Part shown: one piece after another, positions 33,782 through 45,785 of the stretch | Layout of the letters: the number at the start of each line of letters is the position of its first letter | Position numbering within the stretch: the stretch's first letter is position 1 | NCBI RefSeq assembly: GCF_000143415.4 | Contig: NW_003314275.1 | Span: forward strand, 62,001-126,000 | Origin: Selaginella moellendorffii | Lineage: Eukaryota > Plantae > Lycopodiophyta | DNA: 64,000 nucleotides | Reading direction: 5' to 3' | Translations under genes and position numbers: made by a program | Notes under the pieces: model-generated | The model's input: only the letters and a program-made list of their open reading frames with translations | What the model was told of the DNA's origin: nothing | The model's database searches: none

Positions 33782-34558
33782 TCACATTATGTGGGTGATC
33801 CACGACAGTGTCTGCTTGGAGCAGGGCGACGGAGGCAGGCACTCCACCTCGCCCTCGCCATCGCTGGAGCCACGGTACGACTTACAGCCGGCGGGGACCA
33901 TGAGGCTGGCGACTGGAAGCGAGAAGTCGCTGCAAAACTCCTTGAACACCTGTTCCACTATCTCCCTGTAGGCCGGACAAGTGAGGAGGTGGTAGTAGCC
34001 GAAAAACTCCTCCAGATCGACCAAGTTGTCCAGGTCCTTGGACAGCACCATGGACACAACCTCGTGCCAGTTATCAGCCAGAGGACGCCACGCCGGCGAC
34101 GATGATGCTGTTGCTGGCGGAGCGTGACGGGCGCTTCGGGAACGAGGAGGGACGAGTTTTGATGCTGCTCTTGACGACGACGAAGGAACCACCAGCTGAC
34201 CACTCCGGGGGATGAAGACTTCGTGCTTGGTCAACCGCGGGGATTGGGAATGCAGGTTGAGTGGCCCGCTGAAAGGAACCCACGGTTGCTCGTCATCCTC
34301 GTCTCCGCCGAGCCGCGCCAACTTTGTCGATCTTCCCGTCGACCTTGGAAGCAATCTTAATCTTCTGAGGAACCCGGTGGCCGGCGAGCATGGTGGAGCT
34401 TTGGAAACATCACCCTCGCATCTTAGCACCATCTTGTGCGCCGGCCCCTGCATCAAGCTCCAGTAGACTAGCTTTCTCTTTCGCCGCCTCCTCTTTGGCC
34501 TGTAACTTTGGCTACTGAAACACCAGGACAGGGATATAAGCTCTGGCGGGGCGGCCAT
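33782..34558 (-). CDS. OVATE-family-like protein (divergent), single exon
   Basis: C-terminal VVSMVLSKDLDNLVDLEEFFGYYHLLTCPAYREIVEQVFKEFC resembles the OVATE domain; basic RRRRKRK N-terminal patch. Confidence 0.6.
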   Translation of the reverse strand: MAAPPELISLSWCFSSQSYRPKRRRRKRKLVYWSLMQGPAHKMVLRCEGDVSKAPPCSPATGFLRRLRLLPRSTGRSTKLARLGGDEDDEQPWVPFSGPLNLHSQSPRLTKHEVFIPRSGQLVVPSSSSRAASKLVPPRSRSARHAPPATASSSPAWRPLADNWHEVVSMVLSKDLDNLVDLEEFFGYYHLLTCPAYREIVEQVFKEFCSDFSLPVASLMVPAGCKSYRGSSDGEGEVECLPPSPCSKQTLSWITHIM

Positions 34559-34754
34559 GCGAGAGGGAGCTTACCACTGGCGCGTGCCTAATAAGCAAAG
34601 GACCCACAGAAGAAGATGAGACGTGAAGGAATGATGGAATTCCCACACGTTTCATGATATGCCAGACTAACTAGTCGTGTCCTGTGGCCGAGCAAAACAA
34701 GCGCTTTAAACGCAGAAAAACAAACCTCTCAAAGTCTTACCCAGGGAATGTATG

Positions 34755-37700
34755 TCAGCTGATCATTGCTGTTAGATTCTGTGCGCTCTTGGAGCGACTC
34801 CAGTATTCGTGCACGAGGCCGGCAAACAAAGAGTCGCGACGTCTCAGCAGCGTGGAAGGAGAGGCAAACTCTTTCGATGTTCCTGCACCAACAAACAAAC
34901 AAAAAAACAATCGCCACATGCATTTACAGCGAAATGGAAGTGGAGGGAGGCCTACCATTGTCCAGGACAAGGACTTTATCGCTGTCCATGACGCTGGGAA
35001 TCCTGTGCGCGATGCTGATGACCGTGCTTCCCAAAAACTCCTCTTTGATTATCTTTTGGAGTATCCAGTCAGTGTGAGTGTCAATGGATGCTGTTGCCTC
35101 GTCAAGAACCAGAATTCTGCTCCTCTTGAGCAGCACCCTCCCCAGGCAAAAAAGTTGCCGCTGTCCCATGCTCCAATTCTCACCATTTTCAGCGACTGGA
35201 AATGGTACTGTCACCTCAAGAAGAAAAGGAAACGGAAAGCATAACAGACCTTGAGCCCCCAGCTTCAACTCGGATTGCTTCACGGTCTCGGCAAGCTGGC
35301 ATTTCTCCAGAGCCTGGAAAACACCAAAGGCGACGATCACGAGGAGTGAGCGTATTGAAAAGAAGATGCGCACCTCCCATATCTCCTCGTCTTGATACAT
35401 ACCAAGCGGATCAATGTTGCTTCTCACCGTGCCTTCAAACAGTGTCGGGTCTTGAGGGATGATACTCAGCCTCGACCGTAAATCGTTTAGAGAAATGCTC
35501 CTGATATCGATACCATCTATGAAAATGGTGCCTTGGACTGGCTCCACCAGCCTGAAGAGAGCTTGTATGAAGGACGACTTTCCGCTGCCAGTTCTTCCAA
35601 CAACACCGAGCTTCTCGCCCCCTTGGACGACGAAAGTTACATCCTTCAAGACGAGGGGCAATCCTGGTCTGTAGCGAAGCTGGCAGAACAAAAGCCATAC
35701 AAACCATGTCCTTTCTTTCCCAAGCGAACTAGATATTCTACCTGCAAGCTTTGAACAGCAACGTTGCCACTTTGAGGCCAGCTGACCCCTGGACCAGCGT
35801 CCTTTCCAGCACTTTGTTCCTCTGCTTCGATAGAGCTAAACTGCAAAATCCTTTCCACGGCTACCATGTTCTGTTCAATCTGGCATATGTAGAAGATCAT
35901 GTAGTTAAGGCACCCGCTCAGTGCTAGCCCGTAGGAGAGTGAAAGGCCAACAAATTCTGCAAAGAACGAAGTGTAAGTGTCATAAACAAAAGAAAAAGCA
36001 AAAAATAAAGAAAACAAAGGATGGGACATGGGAAAAGAATCACGACGAACCGGGATTAACAAAGCTTTTAGGAAGGAGCACCAGGAAGAGAGCGGAGAAG
36101 CAAAGTATTACAATGCCAATGGTCTCAAGTCGGAAACTGAGCCAGTCGTTGGCAGCACCATTGTGAAAGCTCATACGCACGTTGATATCGATACGCTCCA
36201 TATTGACCCTGGCAAAGCGCTCTTGATGGCCAAAAGCACGGATTGACATCAAGCCAGCTATGGTTTCCTTGAAGTGGTGGATAACGGGAGCGTCTGTGAT
36301 AGATTTCAGCCGCGTCAGCTCTCTAGATGTGGCTATAAAGTATCTCTGCAAACAAAATTCATCTCCTGGAAGGTTATCACATAAACAAAACATGCAATGG
36401 AGCACCTGGTATTTGAAATATATCCATGCCAGAGGAAGAAGCACAAGAAGAAGCTGCCATGTTATCTCGGAAATCACTACAAACACTCCAATCAGCTGGA
36501 AGCCATTCGCGAGGCTACTCCCGTAAAGAAAAGGAAGAGTGAAGTCGACTAGAACTTGATCGGTCGAAGACTGCACGACAAAACAATCAGAAGTCCTCAT
36601 CGATTTTGGTGTGAATTAAGAGTGATATACTCTACCCGAGTTAAGATTCGTCCCGTCGGAGTAGCGTCAAAGAATGATATCGGGGCCCGAAAAATGCTCC
36701 TGAGCATCGAGAGGTAGAGCTTCTGAGCGGTGACCAGCCCGCAGTAAGAGATAAGTGTGCTACGCATTAGCACAAAGACCCCACTGCCAAGGGCAAGCAG
36801 TGAGTAAACAAGGATAAACTTGCGAGGCCGGAAGAAAGGCTTGTTCTTATCCGAGGTTGCGTGAGCCAGCCAGAAGTCACTTGCAATCTGTAGGCCTTGC
36901 CAGGCGCTCTGAATCAGCAGAAAGACAATGACGTGAAATCCTCCGAATGCTTGCGTGACATAAGCCCAGTAAACACGCCCGTCCACTCGACCTTTGGCTC
37001 TCTCCTCCTCCTCCACATCTTCCGCTTGAGCCGATTCATCAGCATTGAACTGAGATATCTGGAAGTCGTCACCAGAATCGAAAGCCCGGCCATTCTCTGG
37101 CCCGGTCATGCCTTGGCCAACGTCAACAAGTTGCAAAGCTTGGTGGTGAGCTTGCACAAGGTCGGAGAAATGGACACCATGCTCGAGCAGCTCCTCGAAT
37201 TTACCCGACTGAACAACTCTGCCTTGCTTCATTACCTGGTACAAAACATCCACCATGAACAAGCAGTCTTCACGAGATTTAGCCTTACCAGGATTAAGTC
37301 CGCCCCGTGAAGAAACTCTATCTGGTGCGTCACCAAAATCACAGTTTTGCTTGACAAGGCACCCCTCACGCAATCCTGCCACGGTTCACAGTTTTAAACA
37401 CAGGAAACACACAAAGAAGAACAAGAACGTACCATGAAAAGTGCTGTTCCGGTGTGTGCATCCACGGCACTGAAGATGTCGTCAAGCAGATAGACGTCGG
37501 CATCTTGGTACACCGCTCTGGCCAGCTGAATGCGTTGCTTCTGGCCACCACTGAGATTAAATCCTCGCTCGCCAATGACAGTCAAGTCACCAGCCACGAA
37601 CTGAGCAAGATCAGCTTGCAAGCAGCAAACTTGGAGTGTCTGACGGTACCGCTGCAAATTCATCGCGTTCCCAAACAGAATGTTGTCGCGGATCGTTCCG

Positions 37701-39829
37701 TTCTGGATCCAAGGACACTGCGAAACATAGGCCGCTCGTCCACTCACCTTTACCTGGCAGAACAATCGATCGCTCAGATGCAAACCATGCAGAAGAAAAC
37801 CAAAAAACAAACAAAATACCGTTCCAGACACTTTGTCCATCTCCCCGAGAATGCATGCCAAGAAGGACGACTTGCCAGATCCCACAGTTCCAACAACAGT
37901 GACCAGGCTCCCAGCCTCGACCCTGACATCCAACTTGTCCAGGACGGGCTTGTCCCCATCAAAACTCCACTTGAAGGTGGCATTTTCCAGCAGCACCGCG
38001 ACGTTGTCAATGCCGGGTGGCCGCCTCTCAACACCAAGAGCGTCAATCTCGTCGCTCTCAAGATAGCGCTTGAGCCGAGTGAGAGAAGTAGCTGCCTGGG
38101 AGCCGGCCATTATCACGGACGGGAAAGCTCGCAGTGGATCCTGGAGTATTCTAAACGTTGCAATGGCCGTGAAGACTCGGCCAGCCGTGAGCTCCTTGCC
38201 GACGATCACACACATTCCAAACGTCGCCACCGACACTGCTAGCGGTGACAGCCACAGGAAAAAAATGCTGGTGGCACCGATGTACATAATCTTGGACGCC
38301 CAAACTTGCTCCTTGTCACGGGCCTTCTCGACGAGCCGGAGAAACCAGTCTTGCCAAGCCTGCATCTTGATGATCTTCATGTTGGTGATGGCCTCGTTGG
38401 TCACCTTCATCCGAGCGTCCTTGCAAGCCATGATCTGCTTCCAGTACTTGCGCTGCCGGGACGAGATGAAGAGGCAAAATGCCATCAAGGTGATCATGCT
38501 GGCCAGCCCCGCGACTGTGGACACCCCGACCACCCGGAACAAAATGGCCAGAGCTATGGCGATCTGGATGGGCATGATCCACAGGTTGTGGAGGTTGAGC
38601 ACGAAGTTGGCAATCTCTTCCACGTCCACCGACATGTAGTTGACGATCTGTCCCGTGCCGTGCTCCTGGCGGGCCGAGTTCGAGAGACGCAGGCTCTTGC
38701 GAAACACTGCCGCTACCAGCGACGATCTGACCGACAAGCTGAGCTTCCTCGTCCCAAAGTTTCTCTGCCGCTCGGTGAGCTCTTCCACCATCTTTGCAAC
38801 CAACAGCAACGAAACCAGCCCGACTCCTTGGCTCCAGTGACCACCTGGTTTTGACGCGAAGTCGATGAAGTGCTGGATCATCAGGGGTCCGACGTACATG
38901 ACCGACACCTTGAGCAAGTACAGGAGGCCTGTGAAAGCCAGAGGCCAGCGGCGCGAGTGCATGAGAGCCAAGGCAACCGAGCGATCCGCTTGCTTGGCCC
39001 AGTTAAGCTCGAAGGCATGGCACAGCGTCTCGGCCCTGTCCTCCACCGCGAGCTCGGGAATGTCGTCCACCTCAAGCGTCCTCGTGCTACCAGTCTTGAG
39101 AAGTGGATCCACCCACAGAAACAAGGCCTTGCTCACGTATCCCGCTCTCGCGTAGCGCGTCACCCTCTCAGGATCTCCAGTGTTACTGCTACCGCCCGCC
39201 AACAATGCTTCCTTCGTGTCAATGGCTTCCACCATCCTCAAGCCAGTAGCTCCTCGAGGAGTGACCAGCAGCAATGCCAAGCTCAGCAGCGCGGTCCCGG
39301 CCGCCGTGAACAAGTCCAGTCCTGGAATGATCCCGGCGCCTTGATCCGGTAGCACGATCCAAGACACGAGGCCGCAGAGAGCGTGGACGGAACCAGACAT
39401 GCAGCTGAGCGCCCACCACGCTCGGAGCACAGCCAAGTGATGAGCCAAGCCATGGCTCTCCTCGTAAGCGAGGAGGAGCAAAGACGTAGCCCATGCCACG
39501 GCCTGCGTGAGCGGGAAGATGAGCCTGTGGAGGAGGAGGCGATCGCGACCGTGGTGGTAGTAGCGCAGGCAGTTCCAGGCGGTGACGAGTGTGTGAGCAA
39601 CGCCGAGGAGCATGGTGGCGGCCTGGACAAAGGCAAAGGTGCCCGCCTTCCTCACGCTCTTGTTCTTCCTTTCCTTGGCAGCGGCGACGCGGGCGAGAGC
39701 GACGACCAGCCCCGCCCAAGCGATGGAGTGAAGCATCGAGAGCACCATCGCTCTCGCGCATGGGTGAATAACTGTGACATCCAGCCAACCTCCTCCTTGA
39801 TCGCCGCCGCACAACCACGCCACTCCCAT
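34755..39829 (-). CDS. ABCC: ABC transporter C family (MRP), multi-exon
   Basis: TMD0/TMD1; NBD1 [38 protein letters not shown]; TMD2 [13 protein letters not shown]; NBD2 [28 protein letters not shown]. Start codon uncertain. Confidence 0.95.
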
Positions 39830-40068
39830 ACCTGATGATGCGCTCGCTAAAAACCTAGGAAGGATTATCGCCCAACAGCCAGGGATGATCCAATGTGGAA
39901 CCATCTTTCTCTGACAGCTTCCACTCAAGAGAAAGCATCTTGGTATCATAAGTATTATCAAACTCTTAGAACTCAGACAAAATGCTGACACAGTACCTCT
40001 CCCTCTCTCTCTTCCTTGCTCTCTTTTTGAAGCGCAGCTTCCACTCAAGCAAAAGGTCTCTTGGTTTC

Positions 40069-43000
40069 TTACTTGTCCAGCAGGCTTTTCAGCTTGTACT
40101 CAATCCACTCGCGGAATCGCCGTGCTCGGCTCAACGGAAATCTGTGATGCTTTGGCGTTTGCTTCTGGCGTCGGAACAAGTCTTCGGTGTCCAGCACGTA
40201 TGAAACCTGTAATGCCAAGGCAAATGATCAGAGAAGCAGCGACCAGCGACGAAGGCTCTACCTTTGAAGTCTTGCAGGATATCTTGTATTCCAGGCCATT
40301 GACAACTTGGACGTTCTTCATTAACTCCCGCTTCTACAGTTCTGTGCTTGTTCCTGTAGGCACGACAGACCGATCTACAACCAGTGACATGGTCTGGTGT
40401 TCCTTCATGTCGTCCCGCTGCCTGCCTCTTCCCCCAGTCTTTAGATTTTTTTTNNNNNNNNNNNNNNNNNNNNNNNNNNNNNNNNNNNNNNNNNNNNNNN
40501 NNNNNNNNNNNNNNNNNNNNNNNNNNNNNNNNNNNNNNNNNNNNNNNNNNNNNNNNNNNNNNNNNNNNNNNNNNNNNNNNNNNNNNNNNNNNNNNNNNNN
40601 NNNNNNNNNNNNNNNNNNNNNNNNNNNNNNNNNNNNNNNNNNNNNNNNNNNNNNNNNNNNNNNNNNNNNNNNNNNNNNNNNNNNNNNNNNNNNNNNNNNN
40701 NNNNNNNNNNNNNNNNNNNNNNNNNNNNNNNNNNNNNNNNNNNNNNNNNNNNNNNNNNNNNNNNNNNNNNNNNNNNNNNNNNNNNNNNNNNNNNNNNNNN
40801 NNNNNNNNNNNNNNNNNNNNNNNNNNNNNNNNNNNNNNNNNNNNNNAAGTGTATAGGGACAGAAGCTTGTTTGCAGTTTCGTCCGCTACAATTGCTTGAA
40901 GCTGCAAAACCGGGGCGTAGGCGTCAGCAAGAGCTCCTAGTGCTACTCGTGCTTACCTGTTTCACGAGCCGAAATATGAGCTTGTCCAACGTAAACAAAA
41001 CGTAGGATTGCGTTCCAATTATCGATCTGCACTCGTCTTCGTACTTGTTGTTGTCAGCAGACCCATCCAAAAGACTATACAACACCCGCACAAACCTGGA
41101 AATCATTCGTGACGATCAGCAAAAAAACAGCATAAGCAAGACACTTACTTTTCATACAAGTTTGGAGGATCGGTTTCTTTAACCAGCTTCCACTTCTGCT
41201 CGGCTGCGGCAGCGTTTGTCTTTGCGGACTGTATTCGCTCGTAGAAAGCCTGCAAAAGAATGATAAAAGAAACCAAGAAAATAGCTTGGCAAATAGATAC
41301 CTGATGCAGTCTAAACAAGATGTAAAACATGTCGTTGCCATAGAACAGGCAGCTGTCCAGCGAATCCATGCAGCAAGTATAATGAGCCGCCAAAGGCTTG
41401 CAAAACATGGAGGATCTATCTGGAGCTTCCCCATCGTCTGCGTCAGCCATGCCTTCACCTTCAAAATCACTTTCAGCCTTCTCTTCATGGTCATCATCTC
41501 CCTCTTCGTCTTCATCCTCGTGATCTTCGTGCTCCTCGCGCGAAGCATCATCTGGATCGCCTGACTCGCTACCTGAGACCTCGCCAGCCTCCGATCCATT
41601 CTCGCTGTCTTCGCTTGACTTGTGAGCACTTTCGTCACCTTCGTCATCTGCTTCTGCATCCTGCTCGGCATCTCCTTCAGCTTCGTCATAATCAGCCCGC
41701 TTTGATACCAAGTCCTTTACAAGCCGGTCCTTCGACCCCTGCTCTCCTGTGAAGGTTTGCCTCGCATCCAAGTCTGGAGAAGGTGAAAGTTCACCTTCCT
41801 CCTTCTCGCCCCTCCTGTGGCGATCCTTCCTGGACTCTGGACCCTGCCGAGATTAAGTGTTAGTTACGTCAGACACAGCTAAATGAGCAACTTACATCTA
41901 GTCTTTGCGTGGTATGAGTTTCGGGCCCTGGAAGGAGAGAGCAGATAAGTCAAAGTAAAGAACAAAGGAAGAAAGTTACCGTCTATCGAAGCATCCTTCT
42001 TGGAAAAGCCGGTCTTCGAAAAGCCAAGGTGGTGGTCGGCCTTAGTGTTACTCTCTGTGACGTCCAGAATTCCCCGCTTCTTTTCACCGTGGACAGCTCT
42101 GCTGGATGCGCTGGTAAATTCATCAGCTTTCAGTGCCTGACTGGGGGCAGTGTCCGGGTTGCCACTACCAGTACTATCGCCGGAACTGGATCTCCGTTCC
42201 TTCGAAGGTTGGAGGGCAGCTTCTTCTGCATCTTCTGTACCACGGATCCTTGACGGCACGCCAAACATGGATTCCAGGAAACTTGTCCAAACACGCATGA
42301 TCTTGTTGGATTGTTCCATCGAGCTGCATACCTCGTCAGCCGAGTATTTCATAATCTCAAAGAGATCGTTGTGAATGGATGGATCGGAGTATTCAAACTT
42401 CAAGTGCGGGGTTAAGAGCCTTCGGTTTCCCGTTAGTGTCGCAATAATAGAGTCGTCTTCCTTCCTCTTCCGCGCATGAACATCTTTGATCTCGCCAAAA
42501 AGCGCTGCATACACAATTACAGGATATATAGGGAATTCTACCACACAACTTTACAGGGTACCTTTTGCGCTTAAGCTCTTTCGATCCTGTTGCTTAAAGT
42601 AAAAGCTCCGGTGGTCAAGGGATTTATGATAGTTTTTGGAATAAACTTCGGCCCAGACTTTGTTCATATCAGAGCGGCACTTAGACCATTCCTCCTGCTT
42701 TTGCTTTAGTCGGCTGTGAACGACAGGCAGCACAACGGATGGACTTTTACGCATCAAATCAATGATATCGAGGCCATGGTCACCATAAATCCTTTCAATA
42801 CAACGAAGATCGATAACTGGACGACAAAATAAAAAAATGGTCAGAACTTATTTCGTTAGAATAGAGCATTATTACCAGACAAGTGATCATCGATGCGAGT
42901 TTGAGATTCCATGCTGGCATCCTGAAGCTTTTCAACAATCTCTTCAACATGCTTTGCCGTGGCTACCGTTGATTCCAGCAACATATCCAGCTCAAACCTG

Positions 43001-45291
43001 GCACCTGCTAGTTAAAGAGTATGCACTATAAAAGTCTGAGTTTACCTGTCATCCTCACAGCGAAATAAGCTTTCTTCATACTGGTTTCTTCGCATATGTT
43101 TGAAAGAATAATCCTCGCTGCCAGATGTAACAGAGACCCAGCTATCATTGAGAACAGATTTCGCCAGCTCAGTACGGTGACTTGACAAGAGACGAGGATA
43201 CTGTAAAGGTTAAGGAATGTCAAGTGTTAGCATCCACGACCACAAGTAACTTACATTCTTTGGGAGTAAACGATAGCTCGGAGTGCACCGCTCACAGCTT
43301 GATAGATCGAGTTCCGATATAGGCTTGGTCATGTATTTCTCCTTGTTGGCATGTAGGGACGACTTGTGATCTTTGGCTCGTTCCTTTTCACGGTCTCGGT
43401 CTCTCTCCCTGTCCCTGTCTCTATCCCTATCCTTCTCCTTTTCCCTTTCCTTGTCTTTGTCTTTCTCCCGCTCCTTTCCTCTATCATGATCCCTGTCTTT
43501 GTCTCTTTCGGGTTTGCTAGCCTTCAATTGGCCATCAGAGTCCATTTCTACGCGAAAGTGGTAAGAAAAAACACCACAAAAAAAAAAATGATAACATGCA
43601 CTCACCGGCATTTGCGCATCGAATAACCAGTTCGTTGAAGCCGTCCAGTAGCTCCGGATACTTGCCCAAAATGTCCGAAACCTGGAGACTCGGGGGTCAG
43701 GACCAGAATGCAAACCGTCATTCAGATTCATACCAGTGACTGCAATTCCGCTCGGCTGATAATGTGCTCGTTATAAAGGTTGAGAACCTTGAGCAATCCT
43801 TGGTACGAGTCGCGATTACGGAGTTTTCCTTTCACCTTCTCAAAGAAAGCGTAATCTCTTTGCAAGCTTGCACCTGCGGAAACGAGGCAGTCAGAGGATG
43901 CAGAAACGAACCTCCAAGCCGCATGCATATATACGCCTAAAACCCATGCAACTTCCCTCGGACAGAACGCTTTTTGGCACTTTCCAATCCGCTAAAAAGA
44001 CCAAAACTTACTTATGATGTCCTCCATGAAAGTAGAAGCAGTAGGCCAGAACAATCCATCCCCACCTTCTCCATTTTGAGACTGTTTGCGGATAAGTTCG
44101 TCTGCCCGACGTGCTGATTTGCGCTTGTGACGGGCTCCGTCCATGTCCGCCTCTCGATCATATTCTTCTCTCTCCTTTTCCTTGTCCCGCTCCTTTTCGG
44201 CTTTCCTGCGTTCTTTATCCGATCTTGCTGCACGATCTTGATCGCGATCCAGCAGCTTCTCTTTCTGCACAAGAATTTTCTTCTGCATGAGCCAAATAAG
44301 CTTTAACAAAGTACCTTAAACATCCTTTCAGATTGAGAAGGTTTCGCCGATGCTCCAGATTTCTCATCTTTACGAAGATGTGAGCTCGACTTTAAACTCG
44401 AGTTTGCAGATTCCGGAAGAAAGCAGGTGAATTCGTCAAGCAGATCAGGGTGATGGCCAAACAAGGAAGCAACCTGCACGTGTTGAAAATCTCGAATGTT
44501 TCAAGAATAAAAGAGGGAAAAAAAAACACAAACCTCTTGATAAACCTCAGTGATAGATTTAGATCCCTTTCGAAATTTGTTAAGAATCTCTAAAAACGCT
44601 TTGTACACTTGTTCGTTGTCTTGGAAACGATTCTGTGATCAAGCACAAAATGAACAAGAATTAAAACAAAAAGCCGCTGGAATAAAAAAAAAAAAAAGCA
44701 AAATGCAAAAACCTTGATTTTGTTGACAAAATTGATAGCCTGGTTGAACTCCACAGGCTGTTTTTTAGGAGCTTCCCTTGGCGATTCATCGAGAACGATT
44801 TCATAGCCTCTCGGCAAGAATGCATTGAAGCCAATAATCAGTTTGTTGTGGCCCTTGAAAAGCTCTTTCACTTTCCCAATGACCCCGTTAGTATCGATCC
44901 TGAAAAGCAACACCAACAAAAAAAAAAAGAAAAACCACAAGCAAAGAGAATTGAGCATTCCATTCCATATAATCTAATCTCACGTACCTCTGAGCTTTGA
45001 AGTCCTTCATAACTTCTAAAAACTCGGAGTACTTATCGTTATCGTCTTTGAATCTTTCCTTCACCGCTTTGAGGTATTGCAACGCATCGTCTGGTGTTAA
45101 ACGAGGATGTTGATCCGAGCTGCGACCACCCAAACAAGAACATCGATCCAAGAAAAAAAAAAAGGAAGGAAGGAAAAAAGAAAAAGAAAAAGAAAAAACC
45201 AAAGAAGAACAGTAAGAAACTCACGGTTCTCCTCCTCCTGATGGGCGCTTGAGCTGCGGCCCCATGTTGCTCTCCTCTCGGGCACGCTTCA
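40069..45291 (-). CDS. SIN3: SIN3-like (paired amphipathic helix) corepressor, multi-exon
   Basis: PAH1 [10 protein letters not shown]...[12 protein letters not shown]2 [17 protein letters not shown]3, [13 protein letters not shown] / [14 protein letters not shown], Sin3_[11 protein letters not shown] / VSYVLDTED. Contains a gap and apparent 1-nt indels. Confidence 0.92.
40454..40846. other. Assembly gap (393 N)
   Basis: Run of N inside the SIN3-like gene. Confidence 1.
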
Positions 45292-45785
45292 TGCTGGATT
45301 GCTAGCGAGGAGGAGCAAATACCTGCGCTTGCGGAGCATGTTCTATGGGGCAGTTAGGGAGCGTGAGCTAGAGCGCAATGGTAGGAGAAAGAATTAATCC
45401 GCCGAGATTTGGAATGCATCCGGCCGATGGCGGCGACGCATCAAGCCCGGAAATCGATCAATCTGTGGGGGAAATGGGGGAAAGAAGCAAGGGAAAAGCG
45501 CAAGAAAAGGATCGGGGAAGCGAAGAATTGCGGCGGCGCCTCCGGAGCTGCGCGTCGCCACTGCTCCAGCGCCAGATCCAAGCCCCGGCCGGACCTAAAT
45601 CCCAAGACGGACAAGAACCATCCCCCTCTTCTCTCTGCGTGTGGTGTGTGTTTTGGGAGTTTAGCGAGAAAGAGAGAGACAAGAGACCCAAAAATTCGTA
45701 CTTGACAATGCCGTACTATAGTGTTACCTAGGGTTCCTTGCTCCCTCCAGGTTGTGACGTGACGAGGGAGAGGATTTCGGTGGCG

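Noticed and set aside
21616-39829. Extending the candidate cluster to the PMT methyltransferase, SDR and ABCC transporter
   Set aside because: PMT is a Golgi cell-wall enzyme, and the SDR and ABCC are separated by TE debris and unrelated genes; there is no sequence evidence of linkage.
40122-40907. ORFs of 170-258 aa spanning 40.1-40.9 kb
   Set aside because: Artefacts of translating through the N gap; the flanks belong to SIN3 exons.
43380-43510. Purine-rich tandem repeat
   Set aside because: Simply encodes the (RD/KE)n low-complexity linker of SIN3; not a CRISPR array or satellite.
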